Below the pieces are notes generated by a model. That model searched no databases. It saw only the letters and a list, made by a program, of their open reading frames with translations, and was not told the origin of the DNA. From the NCBI GenBank assembly GCA_039714935.1, contig JBDLIJ010000001.1, positions 1 to 41,050 on the forward strand: DNA of 41,050 nt, written 5' to 3'. Shown here piece by piece: positions 1-7,840 of the stretch (its first letter is position 1; each line of letters begins with the position of its first letter). The DNA comes from Bacteroidota bacterium. GTDB taxonomy: Bacteria; Bacteroidota; Bacteroidia; Bacteroidales; B18-G4. Position numbers and translations under genes: made by a program.

Positions 1-25
1 AGTTTTGAGTTTTGAGTTTTGAGTT
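1..25. repeat. Tandem heptamer array (TTTTGAG)x3, truncated by the window edge
   Basis: Read directly: ag-ttttgag-ttttgag-ttttgag-tt. It has the same NNNTGAG core as the TAYTGAG arrays at 4261, 4732 and 9946, and ends 12 nt before the ATG at 37. Confidence 0.8.
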
Positions 26-36
26 ACTTTTGCATT

Positions 37-468
37 ATGATTGAGATATTTTCTTTTCAAGCTGGCGAGAATCCGGATTTAGCAAAGCTATCACATCATA
101 TCCGGCAAAAAGTATTTGTTGAGGAACAGCATGTGGATCCTGTACTGGAGTATGATGAGTATGAATCTACAGCATTGCATTACTTACTGTACATGAATAA
201 GATTCCTGTTGCCACTGCCAGATGGCGGGAAACTGACAGGGGAATCAAACTTGAACGGTTCGCAACACTCTTTTCACACCGCAATAAAGGCTTGGGGGCT
301 CAACTATTGCACAGGGTATTAAATGATGTCCTTCCTAAAAACAGAACAGTGTACCTGCACTCCCAGCTGAAAGCCATTCCTTTTTACGAGCGTCATGGTT
401 TTATAAAAATAGGGAAACAGTTTACGGAGGCAGAGATAGAGCATTTTGAAATGATACTCAAAATCTGA
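37..468 (+). CDS. GNAT-family N-acetyltransferase
   Basis: The ORF carries an acetyl-CoA-loop-like 'RNKGLGAQLL' and a C-terminal 'FYERHGF'. The ATG at 37 is preferred over the TTG at 19, which lies in the repeat array. Confidence 0.8.
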   Translation: MIEIFSFQAGENPDLAKLSHHIRQKVFVEEQHVDPVLEYDEYESTALHYLLYMNKIPVATARWRETDRGIKLERFATLFSHRNKGLGAQLLHRVLNDVLPKNRTVYLHSQLKAIPFYERHGFIKIGKQFTEAEIEHFEMILKI

Positions 469-480
469 TATCCGAAATTA

Positions 481-1932
481 TCAGTTTTCTATGACTTTTT
501 TATAATGCTCGTACCTTTCAAGGATCTCCACCACAAATGCATATGTTTCTTCACCGCGGGCATAGCCGTATTTCACAACCGAATCGCGATAATAATCAGG
601 GTTAGATTTATTCAGGATGAAAAAGTCAACATTATTTGTCCAGGTATCCGGATCCTTTCCATGTTTTTCTGCCAGGCGACGGGCATCATAGATATGGGCA
701 ATGCCAACATTATATGCTGCCAGCACAAACCTGATCCTTTGCTCAGCATCATCAATTTCTTCGGGGAGCTGGCCATCGAGCCAACGTAAAAATTTAATGC
801 CTGCCTGTATCTGATCAGAAGCAGAAGATGTTGAATCTACACCATAGACTTCAGCAGTTGCAGGCATCAGCTGCATCAATCCAAAAGCACCAACCCATGA
901 TTTTACATCAGGATGAAAACGTGACTCCTGGTAAATCAAAGAAGCTACAAGCCGCCAATCAAGTCCATATGCCAGGCTCAGTTCGCGGATAATATCATCA
1001 TATTGGGATATTTTTCCTCCGCCGATTGAGTGATATTCACTCTGTGCTATATTTACTGAGCGCGGATTATTAAAATATTTATTATAAACATAACGTGATG
1101 CAACACTTTTCTTATAGTTTAGCATCCACTCATTAATGGTGATTCTCAGACTGTCATTACCTGGTTTTACGGCCCAGGCCACATGTTGTGGAAAACTCAA
1201 GGCCGTGCCCACATCAAGGTTAGTATAATACTTCTGGTTTACTTTGGCAATATGTTCATCCGCAACAGTAAACTCAATATCTCCATTAGCCACATCTGTA
1301 ATAAGTTGTTCAACTTCTTTCTCAGTATCCTCATAAATATGGATGGTGTCGCCAATTTCATTTGCCAGGATCTCCAGCCGGTCAACAAATATGGTCCCCT
1401 TCTGAACGTATACACTTTTCCCTGCGAGTTCGAGTGGGTTTCGGATAAGTTGCTCTTCAATTTCATCCCATGTTCGCAACTTTCGCCAATTTTCAGGTTT
1501 CCGTTGCACAAGCACCTGCTTTGTTTGCATCTGAGGTGATGTAAAATCAACCAGCTTTTGCCTGTCGCGGGTAACCGTAAGACCCAAGGCCATCAGGTCA
1601 ACCTCTTCCTCAGCAATTAAATTAAAAGCTTTATGCATATCATTCACAATCACCAACCTGAGTTTAACTCCCAGGTGATCGGCAAACTGTTTCAGCATCT
1701 CAAACTGATAACCCATGGGCTCACCCCTGTATATAAAATAATTGGTTGAATTGTAATCGGTGAGTGCAATGAGTGTATCCCGTGCCAGAACCTTCTCAAG
1801 GCTGAGATCATTTTTAACATTTGGGCCTTCATTAACAATTGCATCAGTCTTTCCTTCATTTCTGTCCAGGCAGGAGGACAAACCAATCATCAAAGCACTG
1901 ATTATGATAACGTTACCTAATATGTTTCTCAT
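481..1932 (-). CDS. mltF: Membrane-bound lytic murein transglycosylase F-like lipoprotein (solute-binding domain + SLT domain)
   Basis: It has a lipoprotein signal 'GLSSC', an N-terminal SBP_bac_3-like half, and a C-terminal SLT half with 'IYQESRF', 'GLMQLMP' and 'AAYNVG'. The ATG at 1932 is preferred over the TTG at 1947. Confidence 0.85.
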   Translation of the reverse strand: MRNILGNVIIISALMIGLSSCLDRNEGKTDAIVNEGPNVKNDLSLEKVLARDTLIALTDYNSTNYFIYRGEPMGYQFEMLKQFADHLGVKLRLVIVNDMHKAFNLIAEEEVDLMALGLTVTRDRQKLVDFTSPQMQTKQVLVQRKPENWRKLRTWDEIEEQLIRNPLELAGKSVYVQKGTIFVDRLEILANEIGDTIHIYEDTEKEVEQLITDVANGDIEFTVADEHIAKVNQKYYTNLDVGTALSFPQHVAWAVKPGNDSLRITINEWMLNYKKSVASRYVYNKYFNNPRSVNIAQSEYHSIGGGKISQYDDIIRELSLAYGLDWRLVASLIYQESRFHPDVKSWVGAFGLMQLMPATAEVYGVDSTSSASDQIQAGIKFLRWLDGQLPEEIDDAEQRIRFVLAAYNVGIAHIYDARRLAEKHGKDPDTWTNNVDFFILNKSNPDYYRDSVVKYGYARGEETYAFVVEILERYEHYKKVIEN

Positions 1933-2040
1933 TTTAGTCAAACACAAATAATCCTAAATTATATTCTAATGTAAGAAAAATGATGCATAAAAGAACAAAA
2001 AAATATCAACGAAGATAAATATAGTTGTCAAAAGGGAGCA

Positions 2041-3153
2041 CTATGCAACTTTCCGATACCTCCATACAGCCAATATATTCAACACTATTGCCAGTATCAG
2101 TAGTGAGAAAAATTGTCTTGATACATCGCTGAATCCTGATCCTTTTAAGAGAACCATCCGCATGACGTCAATAAAGTAAGCGATTGGATTAATCTGATTC
2201 ATCCACTGTGCCCATTCAGGCATGCTCTGGACCGGGGTGAACAAGCCACTCATCAGGATGAAAACGATCATAAAGAAAAACGTCAGGAACATCGATTGTT
2301 GCTGAGTATTTGTGAGTGTTGATATCAACAGCCCTAGCCCCAGTGCAACAAGCAAATATACTCCTGCAACAAAAAAGACCAGACCCAGGCTGCCAAGCAT
2401 CGGAATATCAAACACCACTTTGGCAATAAGCAAACCAAAAGCAAGTTCAAAAAGAGCGATAAACCAGAATGGTATCAGCTTTCCAAGAACAAACTGATAT
2501 TTCCGGATCGGTGTAACGTTAATCTGTTCTATGGTGCCTATTTCCTTTTCTCTTACAATATTCATCGCCGAGAGAAAAGCACTGATGACCGTTACCAATA
2601 ATACGAGTATCCCCGGAACCATGTAGGTAAAATAGTTGAGCTCGGGATTATACCAAAAGGCATGGCTGAGTTTGATGGCTTCAGGACTTTTTTGTAATCC
2701 CAGCTGATCAACAATAACATTGATATTGTAATCATTGATAATTGACAGGGAATAGGCACTCATCAGGCTGGCAGCACTTCCGTTGATGGCATTGGTGGTG
2801 ACCTGAAGCCGGGCTTTTTTATTCTTTGCCATATCCTTTTCAAAGCCTGCAGGAATTTGCAATATCTGATCTGTTTCGTTGTTGATCAGGCTTTCTTCAG
2901 CAATGCTAAATGATTCGGAAAAATCTACAATAGTAAAAAAAGGGGAACCCCTGAATTTTGCAAGCAGCTCGCGTGAAGCCGGGCTTTTGTCCTGATCTAC
3001 AACAAAAAGATTCACATTCTTAATTTCGAAAGTGGCTGTAAAGGACAGCACCAATAGTTGAATGATCGGCACCACAAAGATTATCGGAAGCATGGTTTTG
3101 TTTCTGAAAACCTGGATGAACTCTTTTTGCAATATGAAAATGATGGTTCTCAT
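2041..3153 (-). CDS. ABC-2 type transporter permease (YbhR/YbhS-like)
   Basis: The layout is an N-terminal TM, a large extracytoplasmic loop, then about 5 C-terminal TMs. It lies 3 nt downstream of a paralogous permease gene. Confidence 0.85.
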   Translation of the reverse strand: MRTIIFILQKEFIQVFRNKTMLPIIFVVPIIQLLVLSFTATFEIKNVNLFVVDQDKSPASRELLAKFRGSPFFTIVDFSESFSIAEESLINNETDQILQIPAGFEKDMAKNKKARLQVTTNAINGSAASLMSAYSLSIINDYNINVIVDQLGLQKSPEAIKLSHAFWYNPELNYFTYMVPGILVLLVTVISAFLSAMNIVREKEIGTIEQINVTPIRKYQFVLGKLIPFWFIALFELAFGLLIAKVVFDIPMLGSLGLVFFVAGVYLLVALGLGLLISTLTNTQQQSMFLTFFFMIVFILMSGLFTPVQSMPEWAQWMNQINPIAYFIDVMRMVLLKGSGFSDVSRQFFSLLILAIVLNILAVWRYRKVA

Positions 3154-3156
3154 ATA

Positions 3157-4254
3157 CTATTCCAATCTTATCTTGAAATTTTTCACACTTAAGCCGATAA
3201 ATACTACTGTAATGCCAATAATGATCAATGTTTCCTGCCAGATATGCATCAGCCCAACACCTTTGATCATAATATCTTTTATGATAATGATAAACCACTT
3301 AGTGGGCATGATATTACATAACCATTGAAGTACCACCGGCATATTTTCAATGGGAAAGATAAATCCTGAAAGAAGGATGGTAGGCAACATCAAAGCAAAC
3401 ATTGACATCATCATAGCTGTTTGCTGGTTGTTGGCTACTGTAGAAATCAGGATACCAAGTGCCAGTGCCATAATGATAAAGAGTAAGGTTTCTGCCAGGA
3501 GTAATATCAGGCTTCCCTGCACAGGCATGCCAAAGACGAAGAATGCCAGCAAGAGGATGGTAATGGCATTGACAAAAGACAATACAACATAAGGTATTAC
3601 CTTTCCTATAACTATTTGAATGGGCTTCAAAGGTGATACAAGTAACACTTCCATGGTGCCTAATTCCTTCTCCCTGGCAATTGATATTGAAGTCATCATG
3701 GCAGATATCAGCATAAGCAGAATGGTGATGACACCGGGCACAAACATGAAAACACTTTTCAATTCCGGATTAAATAACATCTTGTAATCGGTACTGATCA
3801 CTACCGGTAATCCTTTATCACCAATTTTTTCTGTCATATAGTTCCTGATAATGCCGCTGGTATAATTCACCAACAGGTTGGCAGTATTGGGGTCAGAAGC
3901 ATCAGCAATAATATGGATTGATGCATTTTGCTCCTTTTCTATCCTTCGGGCAAAGTTGTCACCAAAGATGATAACTTCTTTCACTTTCCCCGCTTTAAAC
4001 GCAGTTTCTATCTGCCGCTCATTCTGCAGGTTCTCGCCGAGGATAAAATATTCTGAAGAGATGATCTTGTTACTCAACTCAAGGCTCATATGATCTTTGG
4101 AGTAATCCAGTATGGCTATTTCAGCATCCTTGATTTCTGTAGAAATGGCGAAGCCAAAGATCAATACCTGCGCGATAGGCATACCAAACAGGATGACCAT
4201 GGTCCGGACATCTCTGAAGATGTGGTAGAATTCTTTTATGATAAAGCCTTTCAT
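3157..4254 (-). CDS. ABC-2 type transporter permease (YbhS/YbhR-like)
   Basis: It has the same ABC-2 layout as the neighbouring permease. The ATG at 4252-4254 is only 6 nt from the heptamer array. Confidence 0.85.
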   Translation of the reverse strand: MKGFIIKEFYHIFRDVRTMVILFGMPIAQVLIFGFAISTEIKDAEIAILDYSKDHMSLELSNKIISSEYFILGENLQNERQIETAFKAGKVKEVIIFGDNFARRIEKEQNASIHIIADASDPNTANLLVNYTSGIIRNYMTEKIGDKGLPVVISTDYKMLFNPELKSVFMFVPGVITILLMLISAMMTSISIAREKELGTMEVLLVSPLKPIQIVIGKVIPYVVLSFVNAITILLLAFFVFGMPVQGSLILLLAETLLFIIMALALGILISTVANNQQTAMMMSMFALMLPTILLSGFIFPIENMPVVLQWLCNIMPTKWFIIIIKDIMIKGVGLMHIWQETLIIIGITVVFIGLSVKNFKIRLE

Positions 4255-4260
4255 TGCAGG

Positions 4261-4323
4261 TGATTAGTATTGAGCACTGAGTATTGAGTACTGAGTATTG
4301 AGTACTGAGTACTGAGTACTGGG
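4261..4323. repeat. Tandem heptamer array, about 9 units of TAYTGAG (+ strand orientation)
   Basis: Read directly: tgattag tattgag cactgag tattgag tactgag tattgag tactgag tactgag tactggg. Confidence 0.95.
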
Positions 4324-4353
4324 ATTCAAGCGCCTCTGGTCAATAATCCCAAA

Positions 4354-4698
4354 TTATAAATTAGATATTTTATATGTCATCTTTTGAATTTCAAAAATCT
4401 CTTTTGATAAATATTTAAAATCATTATTTAGTAAAAACCCATTTCTATTTGCTATGATCAGTTGTGTTTCAAGCTCACAAGCTGACCCATACGCAACACT
4501 CAAGAAATATTTAAACTCTTTTTCTGACCTTCGTCCAGATCCCTCAGCGATATTTGAAGGTATTGAAACAGCAGATCTTCTGATTTGTTGAGTGAGTCCA
4601 AACTTTTCTTCTGTTGGAAACTTTCTAGTTACTTTATATACTTCTATTGACAGATTCATTGCCTTTTGCCAAACTGTAAGTTTTTTATATTGATGCAT
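4354..4698 (-). CDS. Four-helix-bundle protein (23S rRNA intervening-sequence protein / S23p family, related to DGR Avd)
   Basis: The 114 aa product has the family hallmarks 'LxVWQKAMxL', 'VYxxTxxFPxEEKFGLTxQIRRSAVSIPSNIAEG' and 'FLxxAYGSxxELETQL'. Confidence 0.9.
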   Translation of the reverse strand: MHQYKKLTVWQKAMNLSIEVYKVTRKFPTEEKFGLTQQIRRSAVSIPSNIAEGSGRRSEKEFKYFLSVAYGSACELETQLIIANRNGFLLNNDFKYLSKEIFEIQKMTYKISNL

Positions 4699-4731
4699 TT
4701 ATTAATAGGTTAAGTGAAATTAAGATCATAT

Positions 4732-4766
4732 CTCAGTACTCAGTACTCAATACTCAATACTCTCAT
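4732..4766. repeat. Tandem heptamer array, 5 units of CTCARTA (reverse complement of TAYTGAG)
   Basis: Read directly: ctcagta ctcagta ctcaata ctcaata ctctcat. It is the inverted partner of 4261-4323. Confidence 0.95.
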
Positions 4767-4787
4767 CTATTAATTAATACCCAAATT

Positions 4788-5525
4788 TCAATTTTGTCCC
4801 CTGGCAATTTTTATAAACACCTCTTCCATGGAATCAGCTTCAAATTGCTTTTTAAGTTCTTCCGGCTTGTCCAGGGCTTCTATCCTGCCCTCAACCATTA
4901 TTGATACTCTCTGGCAATATTCTGCTTCATCCATATAATGTGTTGTAACAAATACTGTGGTGGCTGTTGCTGCTGCTTCATAGATCATTTCCCAGAATTG
5001 CCTGCGCGTAACCGGATCCACACCCCCGGTTGGCTCATCCAGGAAAATGATCTTCGGATCATGCATGACAGCCACAGAAAAAGCCAGCTTTTGTTTCCAG
5101 CCGAGCGGCAGAGAGCTGATTACCGAATGCGCTTCTTTTTCCAGACCGAGTTTCTTCAGGTAATGGCTGGTCTTTTCACGAATAGCCTTGCCCGACATGC
5201 CATAGATGCCACCATAAAAACGGAAGTTCTCCCTGATGGTCATATCTTCATACAGAGAAAACTTCTGGCTCATATAACCAATATTCTTTTTCACCTTATT
5301 TGATTGGCTGGATACATCAAATCCTGCCACTTCAATACGGCCCTTTGTTGGTAATAAAAGTCCACAGAGGATCTTCATCGCAGTAGTTTTTCCGGCACCA
5401 TTGGCACCCAGGAAACCAAATACTTCTCCTCTTTTTACAAAAAAGCTGAGGTCGTCGTTAGCAATAAAGCTTCCAAACTTTTTAGTAAGATGATCCACTT
5501 TAATGATATGGTCTTCCATGAACAT
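4788..5525 (-). CDS. ABC transporter ATP-binding protein (second half of a split YbhF-like ATPase)
   Basis: Walker A is 'GANGAGKTT' and Walker B is 'IIFLDEPTGGVD', with an H-loop 'TTHYMDEA'. The ATG directly abuts the stop of the upstream ATPase gene. Confidence 0.9.
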   Translation of the reverse strand: MFMEDHIIKVDHLTKKFGSFIANDDLSFFVKRGEVFGFLGANGAGKTTAMKILCGLLLPTKGRIEVAGFDVSSQSNKVKKNIGYMSQKFSLYEDMTIRENFRFYGGIYGMSGKAIREKTSHYLKKLGLEKEAHSVISSLPLGWKQKLAFSVAVMHDPKIIFLDEPTGGVDPVTRRQFWEMIYEAAATATTVFVTTHYMDEAEYCQRVSIMVEGRIEALDKPEELKKQFEADSMEEVFIKIARGQN

Positions 5526-6443
5526 TTATTCTTGTGTCATCAACTCCATGAAACAATCTTCAATCCCGGGAGGGATGCTTTCAATTTCAATATCCTTATG
5601 CCCCAGGCCTGCAAGTTGATTGTGAAGTACATCTGCATTAAATATTTCTCCTGTAGATGAATAATGCACAGTTGCACCAAAGCGGTAAGCAGCATGACAG
5701 TCATGCAATGATAAGAGATCATTTACCAATCGAAACATGTTGTTGGTTTTAACCGAGGCGAGTAATTTTGTGTGTGACTCAATAATACCTTCCGGGGTGT
5801 CAATGCTCATGATCTCTCCATCCTGCATCAGGGCCACCCTGTCGCAGAGGATAGCTTCATCCATGTATGGTGTTGAAACAATGATGGTGATCCCCCATTC
5901 CTTCAACCGCTTTAACATTTCCCAAAACTCTCTTCTTGAAACAGCATCCACCCCTGTAGTGGGCTCATCAAGGAAGAGAATATCCGGTTTATGGATCAGG
6001 GCACATGACAGGGCAAGTTTTTGCTTCATCCCTCCACTCAAACGGCCGGCAAGGCGTGTTTTGAAAGGTTCTATATGCTTATAGATATCCTCTATAAGAT
6101 AATAGTTCTCTGCTATTGTGGTTTTAAAGCTGCTTGCAAAAAATTTCAGATTTTCTTCTACTGACAAATCCTGGTACAGAGAAAATCTTCCCGGCATATA
6201 GCCAACGATCTTTCTGATCTCCTTATATTCTTTTACTACATCCAGGCCTTCTACCTTGACTTTCCCTTCATCAGGCAATAATAATGTAACCAGTATCCTG
6301 AAAAGAGTGGTCTTCCCCGCCCCGTCAGGGCCAATACACCCAAAGATCTCTCCTTTATCTACCGTAAAGGAGATATCTTTAAGTGCCCTGACCTTATCAT
6401 AGGATTTAGATAAGTTTTCTATATAAACGGATGGAGATTTCAC
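5526..6443 (-). CDS. ABC transporter ATP-binding protein (first half of a split YbhF-like ATPase, with C-terminal extension)
   Basis: Walker A is 'GPDGAGKTT', the signature is 'LSGGMKQKLAL', Walker B is 'ILFLDEPTTGVD', and the H-loop is 'STPYMDEA'. Confidence 0.9.
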   Translation of the reverse strand: MKSPSVYIENLSKSYDKVRALKDISFTVDKGEIFGCIGPDGAGKTTLFRILVTLLLPDEGKVKVEGLDVVKEYKEIRKIVGYMPGRFSLYQDLSVEENLKFFASSFKTTIAENYYLIEDIYKHIEPFKTRLAGRLSGGMKQKLALSCALIHKPDILFLDEPTTGVDAVSRREFWEMLKRLKEWGITIIVSTPYMDEAILCDRVALMQDGEIMSIDTPEGIIESHTKLLASVKTNNMFRLVNDLLSLHDCHAAYRFGATVHYSSTGEIFNADVLHNQLAGLGHKDIEIESIPPGIEDCFMELMTQE

Positions 6444-6455
6444 TTTTAAATATTA

Positions 6456-6920
6456 TTATTCTTTTACTCTGGTCCAATAGGTTGTGCGTCCTATCAATGA
6501 GATCCCAATATATCCTCTGATCCTCAGCAGGTCATATTCTTCCATGATAATATAACAGCTGTATGTTTTTCCACTTTTAGGATCATAAATATCACCATCA
6601 TCCCACTCGTTGTCTTCATCCCATACAAAGTCGGTAAGGAGTTGGATCCCAAGCGAGGGGCGGGTTTGAAGAGCAGGGTCCGGGTTATGCTTATCAAGTT
6701 TTGGTTTTCCGGTCTCGTCATCAATGGGGTTTTTCAACCAGATAATTTTTCCAAAATACAAATCTCCATCCTGATAGACTTCTATGTGAGCATCTTTATC
6801 TTCATTTAACCACACACCAAGAATATCACCTGCTTTGTAATCTTGCGCAACGAGATTGTTTGTTGTAAAAATCCCTGCGGCAATAAACATTAATACAATA
6901 CTGAGCTTTTTCATAATCAT
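6456..6920 (-). CDS. DUF2147-family secreted protein
   Basis: It has a signal peptide plus 'GVWLNEDKDAHIEVY', 'GDIYDPKSGKTYSC' and 'LRIRGY...GRTTYWTRV', which are typical of DUF2147. Confidence 0.7.
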   Translation of the reverse strand: MIMKKLSIVLMFIAAGIFTTNNLVAQDYKAGDILGVWLNEDKDAHIEVYQDGDLYFGKIIWLKNPIDDETGKPKLDKHNPDPALQTRPSLGIQLLTDFVWDEDNEWDDGDIYDPKSGKTYSCYIIMEEYDLLRIRGYIGISLIGRTTYWTRVKE

Positions 6921-6952
6921 AGTTTTAGTTAGTATTTAAGTTTAAGATACAT

Positions 6953-7831
6953 TTAAAAATTCACTTCGCCCGGCATCCCGATTTTGATCGTCCCATCATT
7001 TTTCACAAAGATCTTCACGGCATATACCAGGTTTACTCTTTCTTCTTTTGTTTGAATCGTTTTGGGTGTAAATTCTGCTGTTGAGGATACCCAGCTAATG
7101 GTCCCTTCCAGGCTTCTGTTTTTTGTTTTGCTCTCATCAATCTGCACTTCAACCTTCTGGCCTATTTTTATGTGTGGAAGCTGATCTCCGCTAACATACA
7201 CCTTAAGCTTCATTTTACTCATATCAGCAAGCTTAAAAAGAGGTTTGCCTATTGCTGCTACTTCACCAGGTTCAGCATATTTTGTCAGCACTGTTCCTGA
7301 TACTGAAGGTCTGATATGACACTTTGATAATGCTTCTATCAGCTGGTCTGTCTGGGCATCCAGTGTGCCTATTTCAGCAATGATCTTTTGCTTTTGTGAT
7401 TTTGCAGCCTTCATCTGTGCTTCCAGAAGATCAATGGCACCGTTCATATCATCAAGCTGTTTCCTGGTGGCAGCTCCATCAGCATATAATTTCTCAAGTC
7501 TGTCCTTATCTTTCAGCAGGTTCTCTTTCTGCTGCAATTGTACTTCAATCTGGGCATCAATGGTAATTAATCCGGTTCTTACAGCATCTTTGGCCCTGGC
7601 CAATTGCTTCTTTCTAAGAACCAGGTCTACAGTATCTATCAGCCCTATTTCATCACCCTTATGAAGTAGGTCACCTTCATTTATCTCCAGTCGCAGAATT
7701 TCACCCTGCGCCATTGCAGAGATCACTACTTCTTTAGCCTCAAAGTTTCCATATGCATCGGCTTTATCATGATTGGTGCTGCATGCAAATAAGCCAAGCG
7801 AAATCATGGTGATAATAATCAGTTTTCTCAT
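6953..7831 (-). CDS. HlyD-family periplasmic adaptor (membrane fusion) lipoprotein
   Basis: It has a lipoprotein signal 'GLFAC', a long central coiled coil and a C-terminal beta-barrel region, and sits next to the TolC and ABC genes. Confidence 0.85.
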   Translation of the reverse strand: MRKLIIITMISLGLFACSTNHDKADAYGNFEAKEVVISAMAQGEILRLEINEGDLLHKGDEIGLIDTVDLVLRKKQLARAKDAVRTGLITIDAQIEVQLQQKENLLKDKDRLEKLYADGAATRKQLDDMNGAIDLLEAQMKAAKSQKQKIIAEIGTLDAQTDQLIEALSKCHIRPSVSGTVLTKYAEPGEVAAIGKPLFKLADMSKMKLKVYVSGDQLPHIKIGQKVEVQIDESKTKNRSLEGTISWVSSTAEFTPKTIQTKEERVNLVYAVKIFVKNDGTIKIGMPGEVNF

Positions 7832-7840
7832 TATATATAT

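Larger units (their letters stand above)
4255..4787 (-). mobile_element. Putative IVS-like insertion cassette: inverted heptamer arrays flanking a four-helix-bundle gene
   Basis: This 533 bp gap sits in an operon whose other junctions range from a 4 nt overlap to 32 nt. Positions 4289-4316 are complementary to 4732-4759 at 27 of 28 positions. The interior is visibly AT-richer than the flanks. Confidence 0.45.

Noticed and set aside
4321-4350. A hairpin gggatt-N18-aatccc just 3' of the four-helix-bundle ORF as its terminator
   Set aside because: The stem is 6 bp with a large loop and no U-tract follows on the transcribed strand. It is more likely part of the larger cassette fold, if anything.
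4354-4698. Avd-like four-helix-bundle gene as part of a diversity-generating retroelement
   Set aside because: There is no reverse transcriptase ORF and no template/variable repeat pair in the window. The neighbours are ABC transporter genes.
4261-4766. Heptamer arrays as a CRISPR array
   Set aside because: The units are 7 nt and directly abutting with no spacers, the two blocks are inverted relative to each other, and no cas genes are present.
4255-4787. A genuine 23S rRNA intervening sequence
   Set aside because: No rRNA gene is present. The element lies between protein-coding genes of one operon, so only the architecture is IVS-like.
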